IMG/VR virus record: IMGVR_UViG_3300010396_000001
Location: 132,320-160,709 of that record
Length of the DNA: 28,390 nucleotides
Source of the DNA: a virus
Taxonomy: Duplodnaviria; Heunggongvirae; Uroviricota; Caudoviricetes
Strand: one strand, 5' to 3'
Made by a program: the position numbers and the translations under genes. This document shows positions 1 to 14,846 of the stretch, one piece after another (the stretch's first letter is position 1; the number at the start of each line of letters is the position of its first letter). The notes under the pieces were generated by a model. It was not told the origin of the DNA. It searched no databases and worked only from the letters and a program-made list of their open reading frames with translations.

Positions 1-2
1 AC

Positions 3-227
3 GAGGGCATTCCCTACTCATTCCTGGACTATGACGCGATTGCCGCGCACCGGCTGCACATCCCGGCGCCGGGGCTGAAGCACTACATCGCCGACACCGG
101 GCACCAGATCTGCTCCCAGCTCACTGATCAGTGCTGCCTGGACCTGGGCTGGCACCTGTTCACCGACGGCCGCTGGCCCGGCTACGTCGATCCTGAGGAC
201 CTCGCCAACCTGGCCAGCCCGCGCTAG
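3..227 (+). CDS. C-terminal part of a permuted papain-like (NlpC/P60, YiiX/YebB-like) amidase/peptidase, 5'-truncated
   Basis: Frame 3 is open from the window start: EGIPYSFLDY...GHQICSQLTDQC...DGRWPGYVDPEDL...TAG(225-227). G-x-PY and ICSQL are typical of the permuted papain-like family. Confidence 0.6.
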   Translation, partial: EGIPYSFLDYDAIAAHRLHIPAPGLKHYIADTGHQICSQLTDQCCLDLGWHLFTDGRWPGYVDPEDLANLASPR

Positions 228-236
228 GATCCCGGC

Positions 237-602
237 ATGCTCCCGAGCGCCGTTCCCCTCAGTGCCCTGAACAGGGCCCGTGCTATTGCCTCAGCGTGCG
301 AGCCCGAGGACGAGACCTGGCCGCGTATCCCTGACGAGCAGCTGCGGCTGCTGATCGCGGGCGCGCTGTCCCCTGACCGGGATCCCTCGCAGCAGTACAC
401 GGCGGAGGAGCTGGAAGCCTCCCTGCGGTGCTTCCTGCACGAGGGCGGCGTCCTCGGCTCTGACCTCGGCGGCTCCAAGCTGGTCTTCCTCGATACTCCG
501 TTCGGCCAGCTGCCCCTCCAGCAGGTCGCCGTCGGCTTCAGCGCCCGCAGCCTGATCGTGCTGAAGCTGACGGGCGGCTTTGACGTTCCTGCGGTACCCT
601 AG
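237..602 (+). CDS. Hypothetical protein (121 aa)
   Basis: Fills the gap between the upstream stop (227) and tRNA-Met; protein-like composition. Confidence 0.6.
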   Translation: MLPSAVPLSALNRARAIASACEPEDETWPRIPDEQLRLLIAGALSPDRDPSQQYTAEELEASLRCFLHEGGVLGSDLGGSKLVFLDTPFGQLPLQQVAVGFSARSLIVLKLTGGFDVPAVP

Positions 603-609
603 GGACCTA

Positions 610-683
610 GGCGGGGTGGAGCAGTTCGGTAGCTCGACGGGCTCATAATCCGTAGGTCGTCAGTTCAAATCTGGCCCCCGCTA
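610..683 (+). tRNA. tRNA-Met(CAT), initiator-like; CCA not encoded
   Basis: Cloverleaf GGCGGGG/CCCCGCT, D-stem GAGC/GCTC, anticodon arm ACGGG-CTCATAA-TCCGT, T-arm GTCAG-TTCAAAT-CTGGC, discriminator A683. A11:U24, G2:C71, C3:G70 and the TTCAAAT loop are initiator features. Confidence 0.95.
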
Positions 684-731
684 CGAACCGCCCGGCGCTT
701 CGGGGCGGCATAGCAAGTACCGAGCGGGCGA

Positions 732-807
732 TCCCGCGTAGCTCAATTGGCAGAGCAGCGCCCTGTTAAGGCGCAGGTTACAGGTTCGATTCCTCTCGCG
801 GGAGCCA
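732..807 (+). tRNA. tRNA-Asn(GTT) with encoded CCA
   Basis: Acceptor TCCCGCG/CGCGGGA, G discriminator, CCA at 805-807, anticodon arm GCGCC-CTGTTAA-GGCGC, T-loop TTCGATT; one C:C mismatch in the T-stem. Confidence 0.96.
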
Positions 808-811
808 TTTA

Positions 812-1168
812 GTGATTGACGTCTGGATTATTCCCCGTATTTTCCCTCAGCAGTGGAGCTGGCACCAGTCCTTGGCATTCAGCATTGAGAAAGTACGTGA
901 GCTGGTAGCCCAGGACCCGGTTTTCGCCGAGGACATCCGCTCTCTTCGCGAGTCAATGCCTTTCGTCATCATGACCGGCGAGGCCAGTGCCCCGCTGGCA
1001 TGCCAGTACTGCAGTACCCCGATCCATGCGGTGCCCGAGCGCAACGTTGCCGACCCGGACCGGATCTGGCACCGCGCCCTGTGGGAGCCGGAGACGGGCC
1101 GCAAGCACACTGAGCGCCGGTGCAGGGTCCTGCGCGCCCCGGAGCCCTGTGGTAAGACAGGGCCGTGA
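812..1168 (+). CDS. Hypothetical protein with CxxC motif
   Basis: 118-aa ORF with CQYC; its stop overlaps the next start (GTGA, 1165-1168). Start codon uncertain (no RBS; GTG is 5 nt after the tRNA CCA). Confidence 0.55.
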   Translation: MIDVWIIPRIFPQQWSWHQSLAFSIEKVRELVAQDPVFAEDIRSLRESMPFVIMTGEASAPLACQYCSTPIHAVPERNVADPDRIWHRALWEPETGRKHTERRCRVLRAPEPCGKTGP

Positions 1169-1455
1169 GCAGGAAGCTGGCCGGAGGGCCGCCGTCGGGC
1201 CGGGCGAAGGCGCTGTCCTTCCGGCTGCCGACGTCCCTCGATCAGGGCATCCGCGAGTGCGCGGACGCGCTGGGCATTGACGTCAGTGACTGGATCCGCA
1301 GCGCGCTGACCGACGCCGTGCGCGAGCAGCGCTCCCCGACCAGGGAGATCGCCGGGTGGCAGTGTGCTCATGTCTCCATCATCGGCACCCGGCTGCTGCC
1401 CCCCTGGTGCGAGCACGGCTGCGAGATGAAGCCGGTCTACCGCAGCATCGCCTGA
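1165..1455 (+). CDS. Ribbon-helix-helix (CopG/Arc-like) DNA-binding protein
   Basis: KALSFRLPTSLDQGIRECADALGIDVSDWIRSAL fits the RHH pattern (beta-strand S-F-R-L, helix, G-x-x-x-S-D-W-I-R); C-terminal CxH...CEHGC. Confidence 0.7.
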   Translation: MSRKLAGGPPSGRAKALSFRLPTSLDQGIRECADALGIDVSDWIRSALTDAVREQRSPTREIAGWQCAHVSIIGTRLLPPWCEHGCEMKPVYRSIA

Positions 1456-1471
1456 GGTCCCCGGAAGCTAC

Positions 1472-1738
1472 GTGAGCGCCGTCATCCACATCGCCGGGCC
1501 TGACATCCAGGTCGGTCCTCAGCTGCGCCAGCGATGTGCCTGGTGCGGGGCCGTGCTGAACGACTACAACCTGGAGCTGATCGCCGTTCCCGCCGGCCAG
1601 GACCCGCGGCCGGGCATGTGGCCCGTCGGCGAGCTTGTGGCCGTTGACGGATCGCTCAGCTACGTCGTCGGGCACGAGGACGGGGCTCAGCTTCCCGAGG
1701 GCTCCTGCGGCCAGCTCGACCCCGCGGTGACGGCATGA
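1472..1738 (+). CDS. Hypothetical protein (CAWC motif)
   Basis: 88-aa ORF; ATGA overlap with the next gene; GC3-rich codons. Confidence 0.7.
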   Translation: MSAVIHIAGPDIQVGPQLRQRCAWCGAVLNDYNLELIAVPAGQDPRPGMWPVGELVAVDGSLSYVVGHEDGAQLPEGSCGQLDPAVTA

Positions 1739-2760
1739 CAACCGCCGCCTTCCGCCGGACCGCCCACGATCCGGGCGACGCGCAGATCACTAGTCACTGC
1801 CCGTTCTGCGGTAGCGGCCAGGTCGTCGGCCGCTCGGACGGCAACATCGAGTGCTCGTTCTGCGGCATGACCTACCTGGTCCGCATCCAGCCGATGTTCA
1901 CCGGCATGCCCGGCAACCCGGCCCCCGGCTTCGGCGGCGAGACCAGCATGGCTCCGGACCTCATGGATCCCGCGATGGTCGGCCCGGACGGCATGCCGAT
2001 GGGCGAGGAGATGGGCGAGCCGCCGCCAGGCGAGGATGCGCCCCCCTTCGGTGACGAGGAGGCCGGGGAGGGCCCGCCTGACGACGAGGCACCGGATGAT
2101 GCGGCGGGACCGCCCCCGGCCGCAGACGACGATAGCGGGGCGCCCCCGCCCAAGGGCAGCGATACGAAGAAGAAGCCCTCCAAGAGCAAGAAGGGCGCAC
2201 GCACCGCTGAGGGGCGCCGGAAGACCGCGCGGGTCGAGGACAGCCACGAGGATATGTCCGAAGCTGAGCTGCGCGCTCACATGCGGCAGCAGCACGGCTA
2301 CTGGGACTCGCCGGATGACCCGGACGCGGTGATCGACCAGACGCACAAGGACGAGCACGCCGACTACAAGCATGATCATGTGCATCCGGACCTGGAGCAC
2401 GAGCATGACCTGGATCTCCACCTGGGCGACCGGGACTGGATGCACCAGAACGGCATCGAGGCCTCGCGTCGTATTGCCGCGAGCAAGGTCCGCCGGTGCA
2501 AGTTCCCTTCCGCTGACGGTAAGACCTGCGGAGAGCTGATCATCCAGGACCAGAGCAAGGGCCCGTATCGGCATCAGGATCCCGCACTGGACGAGCAGCA
2601 TGAGGCTCAGGCATGGTGGTCTGCGCCCGGAGCACAGCACGAGGGGCGCCGGTACCGCACCATCGCCGGGGACGTGCTGCCCGAGGCGGCTTACATGCGG
2701 CACCTGGCCGTGCTGCACGGCGGGACCGAGATTCTCCGGAGCGCAGGCCAGCGCCCCTGA
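1735..2760 (+). CDS. Zn-ribbon protein with acidic/Pro linker and His-rich module, probably head-associated
   Basis: N-terminal CPFC-x14-CSFC ribbon (recalled in genes near the portal of related actinophages), acidic Pro-rich linker, Lys-rich patch, six-His module at 2278-2406, C-terminal C..C..H..H motif. Confidence 0.8.
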   Translation: MTTAAFRRTAHDPGDAQITSHCPFCGSGQVVGRSDGNIECSFCGMTYLVRIQPMFTGMPGNPAPGFGGETSMAPDLMDPAMVGPDGMPMGEEMGEPPPGEDAPPFGDEEAGEGPPDDEAPDDAAGPPPAADDDSGAPPPKGSDTKKKPSKSKKGARTAEGRRKTARVEDSHEDMSEAELRAHMRQQHGYWDSPDDPDAVIDQTHKDEHADYKHDHVHPDLEHEHDLDLHLGDRDWMHQNGIEASRRIAASKVRRCKFPSADGKTCGELIIQDQSKGPYRHQDPALDEQHEAQAWWSAPGAQHEGRRYRTIAGDVLPEAAYMRHLAVLHGGTEILRSAGQRP

Positions 2761-2849
2761 GGAGAAGCGTCCCACGGCCTTTCGGGCCGTACTATCCGCG
2801 GGTGCCAATTCCGCGAGGGACTCTTGCGACCTGTTCCTCAGGGGCGCTG
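2749..2849. ncRNA. Candidate structured RNA or bidirectional terminator (multibranch)
   Basis: Perfect 15-bp inverted repeat 2749-2763/2835-2849 enclosing helix GTCCC/GGGAC (2769-73/2817-21) and two hairpins (2774-2790, 2797-2815). Confidence 0.5.
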
Positions 2850-2862
2850 ACGTCTTGCGGGG

Positions 2863-3291
2863 TCAGACGGCCGGCAGGGGCTCTACCCAGACGTGACCGT
2901 CCATGTGCCGGGGCTCGGTGCCGTACTTGGCCAGGAGAGCAGCCTCGCCCGGGTCGGCAGCGTAGTCCCAGCCCTCCTCCATCCGGGCCTGCGCGTCGAT
3001 GTGGTCATGGCCGACGGTGCACTCGTAGCCGATCTCGCGGCCCGCGGCATTGAACAGCTGGCGCGACCAGGCGCCGCACTCTGTCGGCGGGTGGCCGCCG
3101 TCCTCGCACATCCCGCACTCGGGCTGGCGGCAGAACGGGCGCTCGACCAGCCAGCTGCACTTCCAGGGGGCGCAGCGCTTGCCGGAGTGGTGCTCGGCCG
3201 CGCACTGGCGGACCTCGGCCAGGCTGGCGTGGGTGAAGCGGCAGTGGCCGCAGGCAATCGCGATGATGGTCTCGATCAGCGTGGTCGTCAT
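2863..3291 (-). CDS. Cys/His-rich (Zn-binding) hypothetical protein
   Basis: CGHC-x3-H-x5-VRQC plus further Cys pairs; RBS GAGAGGGA (3297-3304 on the minus strand) and an upstream promoter. Confidence 0.8.
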   Translation of the reverse strand: MTTTLIETIIAIACGHCRFTHASLAEVRQCAAEHHSGKRCAPWKCSWLVERPFCRQPECGMCEDGGHPPTECGAWSRQLFNAAGREIGYECTVGHDHIDAQARMEEGWDYAADPGEAALLAKYGTEPRHMDGHVWVEPLPAV

Positions 3292-3321
3292 GTCGGTCCC
3301 TCTCGTTGTGCTTACGCCACG

Positions 3322-3351
3322 AGCCTAGCAAGGAACATTGTATTTAGTCAA
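3322..3351 (-). promoter_or_regulatory. Sigma70/HrdB-type promoter P1 with palindromic spacer box
   Basis: Minus strand TTGACT-N18-TAGGCT with TG extension; spacer contains CAATGTTCCTTG (3329-3340). Confidence 0.8.
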
Positions 3352-3389
3352 CAAGTCCGGAGCATGCACGGAAGCTCTGGAGGCAAAAC

Positions 3390-5681
3390 GTGAAGATCAG
3401 CTACTCACCCCGTGCGGCCAGCATCTCGGACCGGCGCGTGTTCGGCGACATGAGCCGGGTTATCGCGCACGGCGCGAGGGACCTGCGCGAGGAAGACCCG
3501 CAGGTCACCGAGATGCGCAAGAACCGGCGCGTCTCCAGCCGACTGGCCCGCACGGCGTCCCTGGGGAGCCGGACGGCCTCCGGCGGCGGCTCGGGCGCGG
3601 GATCGGGCTTCTCCGACATCCAGTTCGCCACCGGCCGGCCGCGGGACCCGCTGTTCTACTGGCGGCAGAACAACCTGCCTTACGACTTCAGCCAGAACGA
3701 GGAGCTGGCCAAGGTCCGCGCATTCTGCCGCCTGCTCTACCAGACCGATCCGATCATCGGCGCGTGCATCGACATCTTCTCCAAGTTCCCGGTCATGGGC
3801 TGGGAGCTGGAATGCAAGGACAGCAAGCTGGAGGACTTCTACGGCGAGCTGTTCTTCGACGATGGGGACAACTCCCTCGACTATGACGAGTTTCTCGTCG
3901 ATATCGGCCGCGAGTACTTTATCGCCGGAGAGGCATGGCCTTTCGCCACCTTCGACGAGGACCTCGGAATCTGGTCAGACGAGGAACTGCTCAACCCCGA
4001 TGACATCAAGGTCGAGCGGTCGCCGTTCCTGAAGGAGCCCAGGTATTTCATCAGGCTGCCGTGGACGATCCGGCAGATCCTCCAGACGCGGCAGCCCGCC
4101 TGGGAGTACAACAAGCTCATCAAGGAATACCCCGAGCTGGCCGCCTATACCTCCGAGAATTCCTTCATGCCGGTCAGCAATGTCCTGCTGAAGCAGCTGA
4201 AGTTCAAGGGCGATACCTTTAATATCCGCGGCCTGCCGCTGCTGACCAGGGCCATGCGCTCCATGCTGCAGCAGGAGATGCTGAACACCGCGATGGACGC
4301 CATCGCCGACCGGCTGTACACCCCGCTGATCCTGTGCAAGCTGGGCGCCAGCGCCTCCGACCTCGGCACCTCGGTCCCGTGGATCCCGACCGACGACGAC
4401 CTGGAGAACTTCGAGCTGGCCCTGGATGCCGCGCTGGCCGCGGACTTCAGGGCCCTGGTGTACAACTTCGGCGTCGAGATGGCCCCGGTGCTCGGCCGGG
4501 AGAACATGCCCGACCTGACCCCGGACTTCGAGCGGATCGAGGACCGGGTGCTGATGGTCTTCGGCCTGTCCCGCTCCCTGCTGGTCGGCGCCGGAACGGG
4601 CCAGACCTACGCCGCGGACGCGCTGAACCGCGACCTGGTCACCATGCTGATGACGCGCTACCAGCGATTCCTGACCCGGCACTTCCGCCAGCGCGCCATG
4701 ATCGTTGCCGAGGCCCAGGAGCACTACGACTTCGAGGAGCGCAACGGGCGCCGGTACGTGATCATGGAAGAGGTCCTGGAGACCGACGAGGAGACCGGCG
4801 AGAAGCACATCGTCGAGCAGCCCCGGCTGCTGGTTCCTGACCTGCGGTTCAAGACCCTCAACTTCCATGACGAGGACACCCGGCGCCAGTTCATTGAGGG
4901 CCTGCGCGCTACCGGCGTGCCGATCAGCCAGCGCACCCGCACCCGTGACCTCGGCATCGACCTGGACGAGGAGACCGAGCGGTCCAAGGACGAGGCAGTC
5001 TCCCAGATCGTCGATGAGCAGGAGGTCCGCAAGCGCGCCTACGTGGCGCTGAAGGATGCCGGCCTGCCGCTCGCCCCGGACCTGGTCGCCGACTTCGCTC
5101 CCCAGGCCCAGGTCGAGAACATGCCGCCGGGCATCGCCGCCGAGATGCTGATGCAGGAGCGCTTCGGCACCGACCCGACCGACATCCCCGACATCGCCCC
5201 CACCCCCGAGGACATGGCCGAGGAGGTGCCGCCCGACGCCGAGATGGGCTCCGAGGCCCCTCCGGACGAGGGGATGTACGAGGAAGGGGGCGAGGACCAG
5301 GACCAGCGGCCTGACGAGTCCGATGAGCAGCGGGCCGACATGCCGAAGAAGGGCGCCAGGATGAAGGACTACAGGGGGCGCGGGCTGCCGTCGCAGGCGG
5401 CGCTGTTCCGCCGCACCGCCCGCGTCCGGGATATCATCGCCACCCGCCGGATCGAGGAGGCGACCCTGCAGGCCGAGGCCGCACGCGAGGCACTGCTGGA
5501 TGGCCGCGAGGTGAGCTGGGAGATGCAGGTCCATGCCAAGGAGCATCCCGAGGCCAAGGACTGGGTATCCGGGCCCGAGGTGCCCTGCTACGCCACGCCG
5601 CCCCACGTCGGCGCCCGGCGCGAGCTGACTATCACTGATGACCTGGCGGACAGGGATCGCTATCCGGCGGTGAGGCGGTGA
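3390..5681 (+). CDS. Portal protein (763 aa) with acidic C-terminal extension
   Basis: GGAGG RBS at 3379-3383; helical core (YQTDPIIGACIDIFSKFP, GLPLLTRA, AIADRLYTPLILCKLG, FGLSRSLL) resembling large-actinophage portals; first large gene of the head cluster. Confidence 0.85.
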   Translation: MKISYSPRAASISDRRVFGDMSRVIAHGARDLREEDPQVTEMRKNRRVSSRLARTASLGSRTASGGGSGAGSGFSDIQFATGRPRDPLFYWRQNNLPYDFSQNEELAKVRAFCRLLYQTDPIIGACIDIFSKFPVMGWELECKDSKLEDFYGELFFDDGDNSLDYDEFLVDIGREYFIAGEAWPFATFDEDLGIWSDEELLNPDDIKVERSPFLKEPRYFIRLPWTIRQILQTRQPAWEYNKLIKEYPELAAYTSENSFMPVSNVLLKQLKFKGDTFNIRGLPLLTRAMRSMLQQEMLNTAMDAIADRLYTPLILCKLGASASDLGTSVPWIPTDDDLENFELALDAALAADFRALVYNFGVEMAPVLGRENMPDLTPDFERIEDRVLMVFGLSRSLLVGAGTGQTYAADALNRDLVTMLMTRYQRFLTRHFRQRAMIVAEAQEHYDFEERNGRRYVIMEEVLETDEETGEKHIVEQPRLLVPDLRFKTLNFHDEDTRRQFIEGLRATGVPISQRTRTRDLGIDLDEETERSKDEAVSQIVDEQEVRKRAYVALKDAGLPLAPDLVADFAPQAQVENMPPGIAAEMLMQERFGTDPTDIPDIAPTPEDMAEEVPPDAEMGSEAPPDEGMYEEGGEDQDQRPDESDEQRADMPKKGARMKDYRGRGLPSQAALFRRTARVRDIIATRRIEEATLQAEAAREALLDGREVSWEMQVHAKEHPEAKDWVSGPEVPCYATPPHVGARRELTITDDLADRDRYPAVRR

Positions 5682-5931
5682 CAGAGCCGAAACCCTGAAC
5701 CCAGGCGCGCACGATGGCGGCCAGCCGTCGCTCTATGCCGCCGACCGGTGCCTCAATATTGCCATTGTCCACCCGCTTGATGAACTGCAGGAGCCAGTAG
5801 CAGCCGCTGCCGTCGGCATACCGGCCGAAAGCGGCATGATGCAGGTCCAGCTTCTGCGGTTCTTTCATGGCATATACAAGAGCCTCCTGCAGGACCTCTT
5901 CCTCGGTCCGGGGCTTCTTAGAGCCAGTCAT
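5632..5931 (-). CDS. Hypothetical protein (99 aa), last gene of the minus-strand operon
   Basis: ATG at 5931 in an ATGA overlap with the upstream stop; 3' end overlaps the portal 3' end by 50 nt. Confidence 0.65.
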   Translation of the reverse strand: MTGSKKPRTEEEVLQEALVYAMKEPQKLDLHHAAFGRYADGSGCYWLLQFIKRVDNGNIEAPVGGIERRLAAIVRAWVQGFGSVTASPPDSDPCPPGHQ

Positions 5932-6326
5932 ACCCTGATCCGGCCTTTCCGCGAGAACAGGCTGCGCCACCAGGGACGCTCCTCTGCTCGCTTTCTCTCG
6001 TTATTGACTGTCCGGTAGAGGAACAGGGAGCGCCGGATGATCTCGGCCGCCGTGCAGTCCTGCTCGGACGCCTCGCCCAGGAGCCAGTCGCGCTCTGTCT
6101 GCCCGAGCCCCACCGAGATCCGGTGCGTCGAGGGAGGACGCGAGTGCATGATCCGGCGCACGGCTCCCTGCAGCTGGTCCGAGAGGATGATCACCCCGAA
6201 GTCTCTCAGGGTGATCATGACACCCCCGGGCTCGCTGCGCTGGACCCCCTCGACCGGGTACAGCACGCCGTTGTGCAGGTAGTCATCGCCCTTGCGGACC
6301 TTGCCGATGCCGAGGATCTTATCCAC
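5928..6326 (-). CDS. Protein with C-terminal ribbon-helix-helix domain
   Basis: GTG at 6326 with GGAG RBS; HRISVGLGQTERDWLLGEASEQDCTAAEIIRRSL matches the RHH pattern. Confidence 0.7.
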   Translation of the reverse strand: MDKILGIGKVRKGDDYLHNGVLYPVEGVQRSEPGGVMITLRDFGVIILSDQLQGAVRRIMHSRPPSTHRISVGLGQTERDWLLGEASEQDCTAAEIIRRSLFLYRTVNNERKRAEERPWWRSLFSRKGRIRV

Positions 6327-6654
6327 CGGAGGGCTCCGGCCCCAGTGGCGGCCAGGGCAGCGGGAACGCATTCGTGAGCGCGCGGGCGCGCTCGGTGTAC
6401 AGCTCCCGCTGCCACCAGGACGGGAGGCCCTCGGCCGCTGCGGCCTCCAGGTAGGCCCTCCAGGCGCATGGCTCGATTACCAGGGCGAATTCCAGGGCCA
6501 CCCCGGCCTCGGCCTGCTGCTGCGGGGTTCCCGCAACGGCGGCGACGATGCTGGCCGCCCTGGCCCAGATGGTCGCGACGGAAACGTTCCTCGCGACCTC
6601 CAGGGTCAGCTGAGACGGCGTCTTCGGCAGGGTCTGCCGGGCGTGCCTGCCCAT
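6319..6654 (-). CDS. Hypothetical protein (111 aa)
   Basis: ATG abuts the upstream stop; GGAGGAG RBS inside the end of the upstream gene. Confidence 0.7.
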   Translation of the reverse strand: MGRHARQTLPKTPSQLTLEVARNVSVATIWARAASIVAAVAGTPQQQAEAGVALEFALVIEPCAWRAYLEAAAAEGLPSWWQRELYTERARALTNAFPLPWPPLGPEPSGG

Positions 6655-6900
6655 CTACTCCTCCTGCGGGACCCTGGCCAGCAGGCGCTCCAGGGCGCTG
6701 CGGGCTGTCTTCCGGTCGGGATACCGGCCGCTGTCGGCGGGAATGCTCATCCCGCCGTGGGTGATCAGGAACAGGCCCCCGCCGGGACCGGGCCAGAAGT
6801 ACGGCGCGGGCAGCTGCTCGACCGTCCAGCGGACTCCGTAGCCGGCCTGCTCTTCCTCGGTCACGCGCTGGCCGGCGAGGACCATGTCCCTGGGATTCAC
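6655..6900 (-). CDS. Hypothetical protein (81 aa)
   Basis: GTG at 6900 in a GTGA overlap with the upstream stop; coupled operon member. Confidence 0.7.
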   Translation of the reverse strand: MNPRDMVLAGQRVTEEEQAGYGVRWTVEQLPAPYFWPGPGGGLFLITHGGMSIPADSGRYPDRKTARSALERLLARVPQEE

Positions 6901-7430
6901 CGGATGTAATCCGGGGCGGTCAGCGGCAGGTCGTTCTCGGTCAGCCACGTCCGGGCCCGGTCGGCGCCGATGCCGCCATCAGCCAGCATCCGGTAGGCCT
7001 CGCGCTCGGGGGTGGTGAAGCCGCCCTGGACCTCGACGGCATGCATGGCCGCAGTGACCGGCGAGTGGTAGTGCCCGTCGGCGTCCATGTACCTGTCGCC
7101 GTCTGCAGCTGGCACGAGGCTGGGCAGGGGCTGCGAGGCCAGGCGCTCCATCTTGCGCCGCTTCAGGACATTCTGGTACTGGATGCGCTCGATGTCGTTC
7201 ATGCCCATGATCCTCTGGTACCAGCGCAGCACCTCGTTGATCCCCGCCAGGAAGGCCACGGCCTCGCCCTTGCCGGTGATCGTGCGGATGGTGTCGCCGA
7301 TGCCGAGCACCCACTTCTCGCCGAGAGGGATGCTGGGCAGCACGTACTTGATGATCCCGGCGTCCTGGTGCTCCAGGAGCTTGTCGTAGACCTCCTGATC
7401 GGTCAGGACGTCCCCAGGCTCGTCAGCCAT
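6897..7430 (-). CDS. Hypothetical protein (177 aa)
   Basis: Protein-like ORF with GC3 bias; 8-nt overlap with the upstream gene. Confidence 0.8.
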   Translation of the reverse strand: MADEPGDVLTDQEVYDKLLEHQDAGIIKYVLPSIPLGEKWVLGIGDTIRTITGKGEAVAFLAGINEVLRWYQRIMGMNDIERIQYQNVLKRRKMERLASQPLPSLVPAADGDRYMDADGHYHSPVTAAMHAVEVQGGFTTPEREAYRMLADGGIGADRARTWLTENDLPLTAPDYIR

Positions 7431-7644
7431 TGCTCGTGATCCTTTCCGGGTGCGTTTCCTCGGCGAAGAAGTGCGGCATGCCCATCATGCGGCACCGGTA
7501 ATGCGGCAGCGCCCCGCAGAGAGGGCAGCCTTTCCTGAGGTCACCAAGCGGGCGGAAGCGGTCGCCGAGGCGCTCGCCGTCCCTGACGGCGACATCCATC
7601 CGCTGGGCGGACCTGCGGGCGCCGGCAGCGCCGCGACTCGTCAT
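7423..7644 (-). CDS. Small phage-type zinc-finger protein (73 aa)
   Basis: ATG at 7644 with GGAGGA RBS (7651-7656); CPLCGALPHYRC...HPER (CxxC-x7-C-xn-H-x2-R). Confidence 0.7.
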   Translation of the reverse strand: MTSRGAAGARRSAQRMDVAVRDGERLGDRFRPLGDLRKGCPLCGALPHYRCRMMGMPHFFAEETHPERITSNG

Positions 7645-7676
7645 GATCTTTCCTCCGGGCCGTCGATGTTGCCGCG

Positions 7677-7705
7677 AACCTATCAAGGTTCCTTGCAGTC
7701 GTCAA
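7677..7705 (-). promoter_or_regulatory. Sigma70/HrdB-type promoter P2 with palindromic spacer box
   Basis: Minus strand TTGACG-N17-TAGGTT with TG extension; spacer contains the 5-2-5 palindrome CAAGG-AA-CCTTG (7684-7695). Confidence 0.82.
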
Positions 7706-7742
7706 GCGATTCGGCAGCCGCCCGGAAGCCTCGGGAGGATTC

Positions 7743-14299
<6,557 letters not shown>

Positions 14300-14303
<4 letters not shown>

Positions 14304-14731
14304 GCCAGCTCGCCTACCGTGCAGAGACGCTGACGCCCGAGGAAATAGCTGCTCAGGATCCATTTTGCGGAAATGGCGTGCGCCTGGAGCATGATTCTCA
14401 GGATCTTGCCGCAGTCGCTGAGCTGGTGCTCGGGATGCTCGGCACGCCATGCGTCGTTTTCCCCGGCTGCGCCTGGGCAGACTTGTCCGATCAGGAATTC
14501 GATGCCAGTGAGGCCCGGAAGCAGTGGCACGAGATCCTGGAAGGACAACATGACGGGATTGTCCCAGCTCCTGCTGACTTACGGGCCGCTGGGCGCACTG
14601 GTTCTCATGCTGCTGGTGCCAGTGCCCGGCGCAGGAGTGCCCGTCCTGGTTACCTACTGGTACGTTGTCAAGCAGCAGAAGGAGCTAGACCTGAAGCAGC
14701 AGGCGCTAGACCTGGAGCGCGAGGCGGCTAA
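14300..14731 (+). CDS. Possible hypothetical protein
   Basis: ATGA overlap with the giant gene. The first ~85 aa look protein-like, but the 3' 182 nt overlap the next gene out of frame. Confidence 0.4.
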
Positions 14732-14846
14732 GCGAGCAGTCGGGGAGCTGGAGATGGCGAACCGGCTGGTCGGCGAGCTGCGCACGATCGCTGCTGCCCG
14801 CACCGGAGGGATTCCGGATGTCACGGCATCACGGAAAGATCCGTAA
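14550..14846 (+). CDS. Small membrane protein with coiled-coil tail (holin-cassette member)
   Basis: GAAGGA RBS, ATG at 14550; hydrophobic N-terminus LLLTYGPLGALVLMLLV...VLVTYWYVV followed by a charged heptad region. Confidence 0.72.
   Translation: MTGLSQLLLTYGPLGALVLMLLVPVPGAGVPVLVTYWYVVKQQKELDLKQQALDLEREAAKRAVGELEMANRLVGELRTIAAARTGGIPDVTASRKDP

Noticed and set aside
688-708. Hairpin CCGCCC/GGGCGG between the two tRNAs
   Set aside because: Only 6 bp in GC-rich DNA; plausible as a processing signal but indistinguishable from chance.
816-843. Possible promoter TTGACG-N16-TATTTT just after tRNA-Asn
   Set aside because: It lies within the apparent coding start of 812-1168, has a short spacer and lacks the shared box; it cannot be supported without TSS data.
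2749-2849. Hammerhead, c-di-GMP-I or glycine riboswitch identity for this structure (CTGAGGA; GAAA...GGGACGC on the minus strand; GGAGA...CTCAGG on the plus strand)
   Set aside because: The other conserved cores are missing (no GAAA after stem II, no GGCAAAC or AAAGC, no CCGAAG), and CTGAGGA is sequestered in the closing stem.
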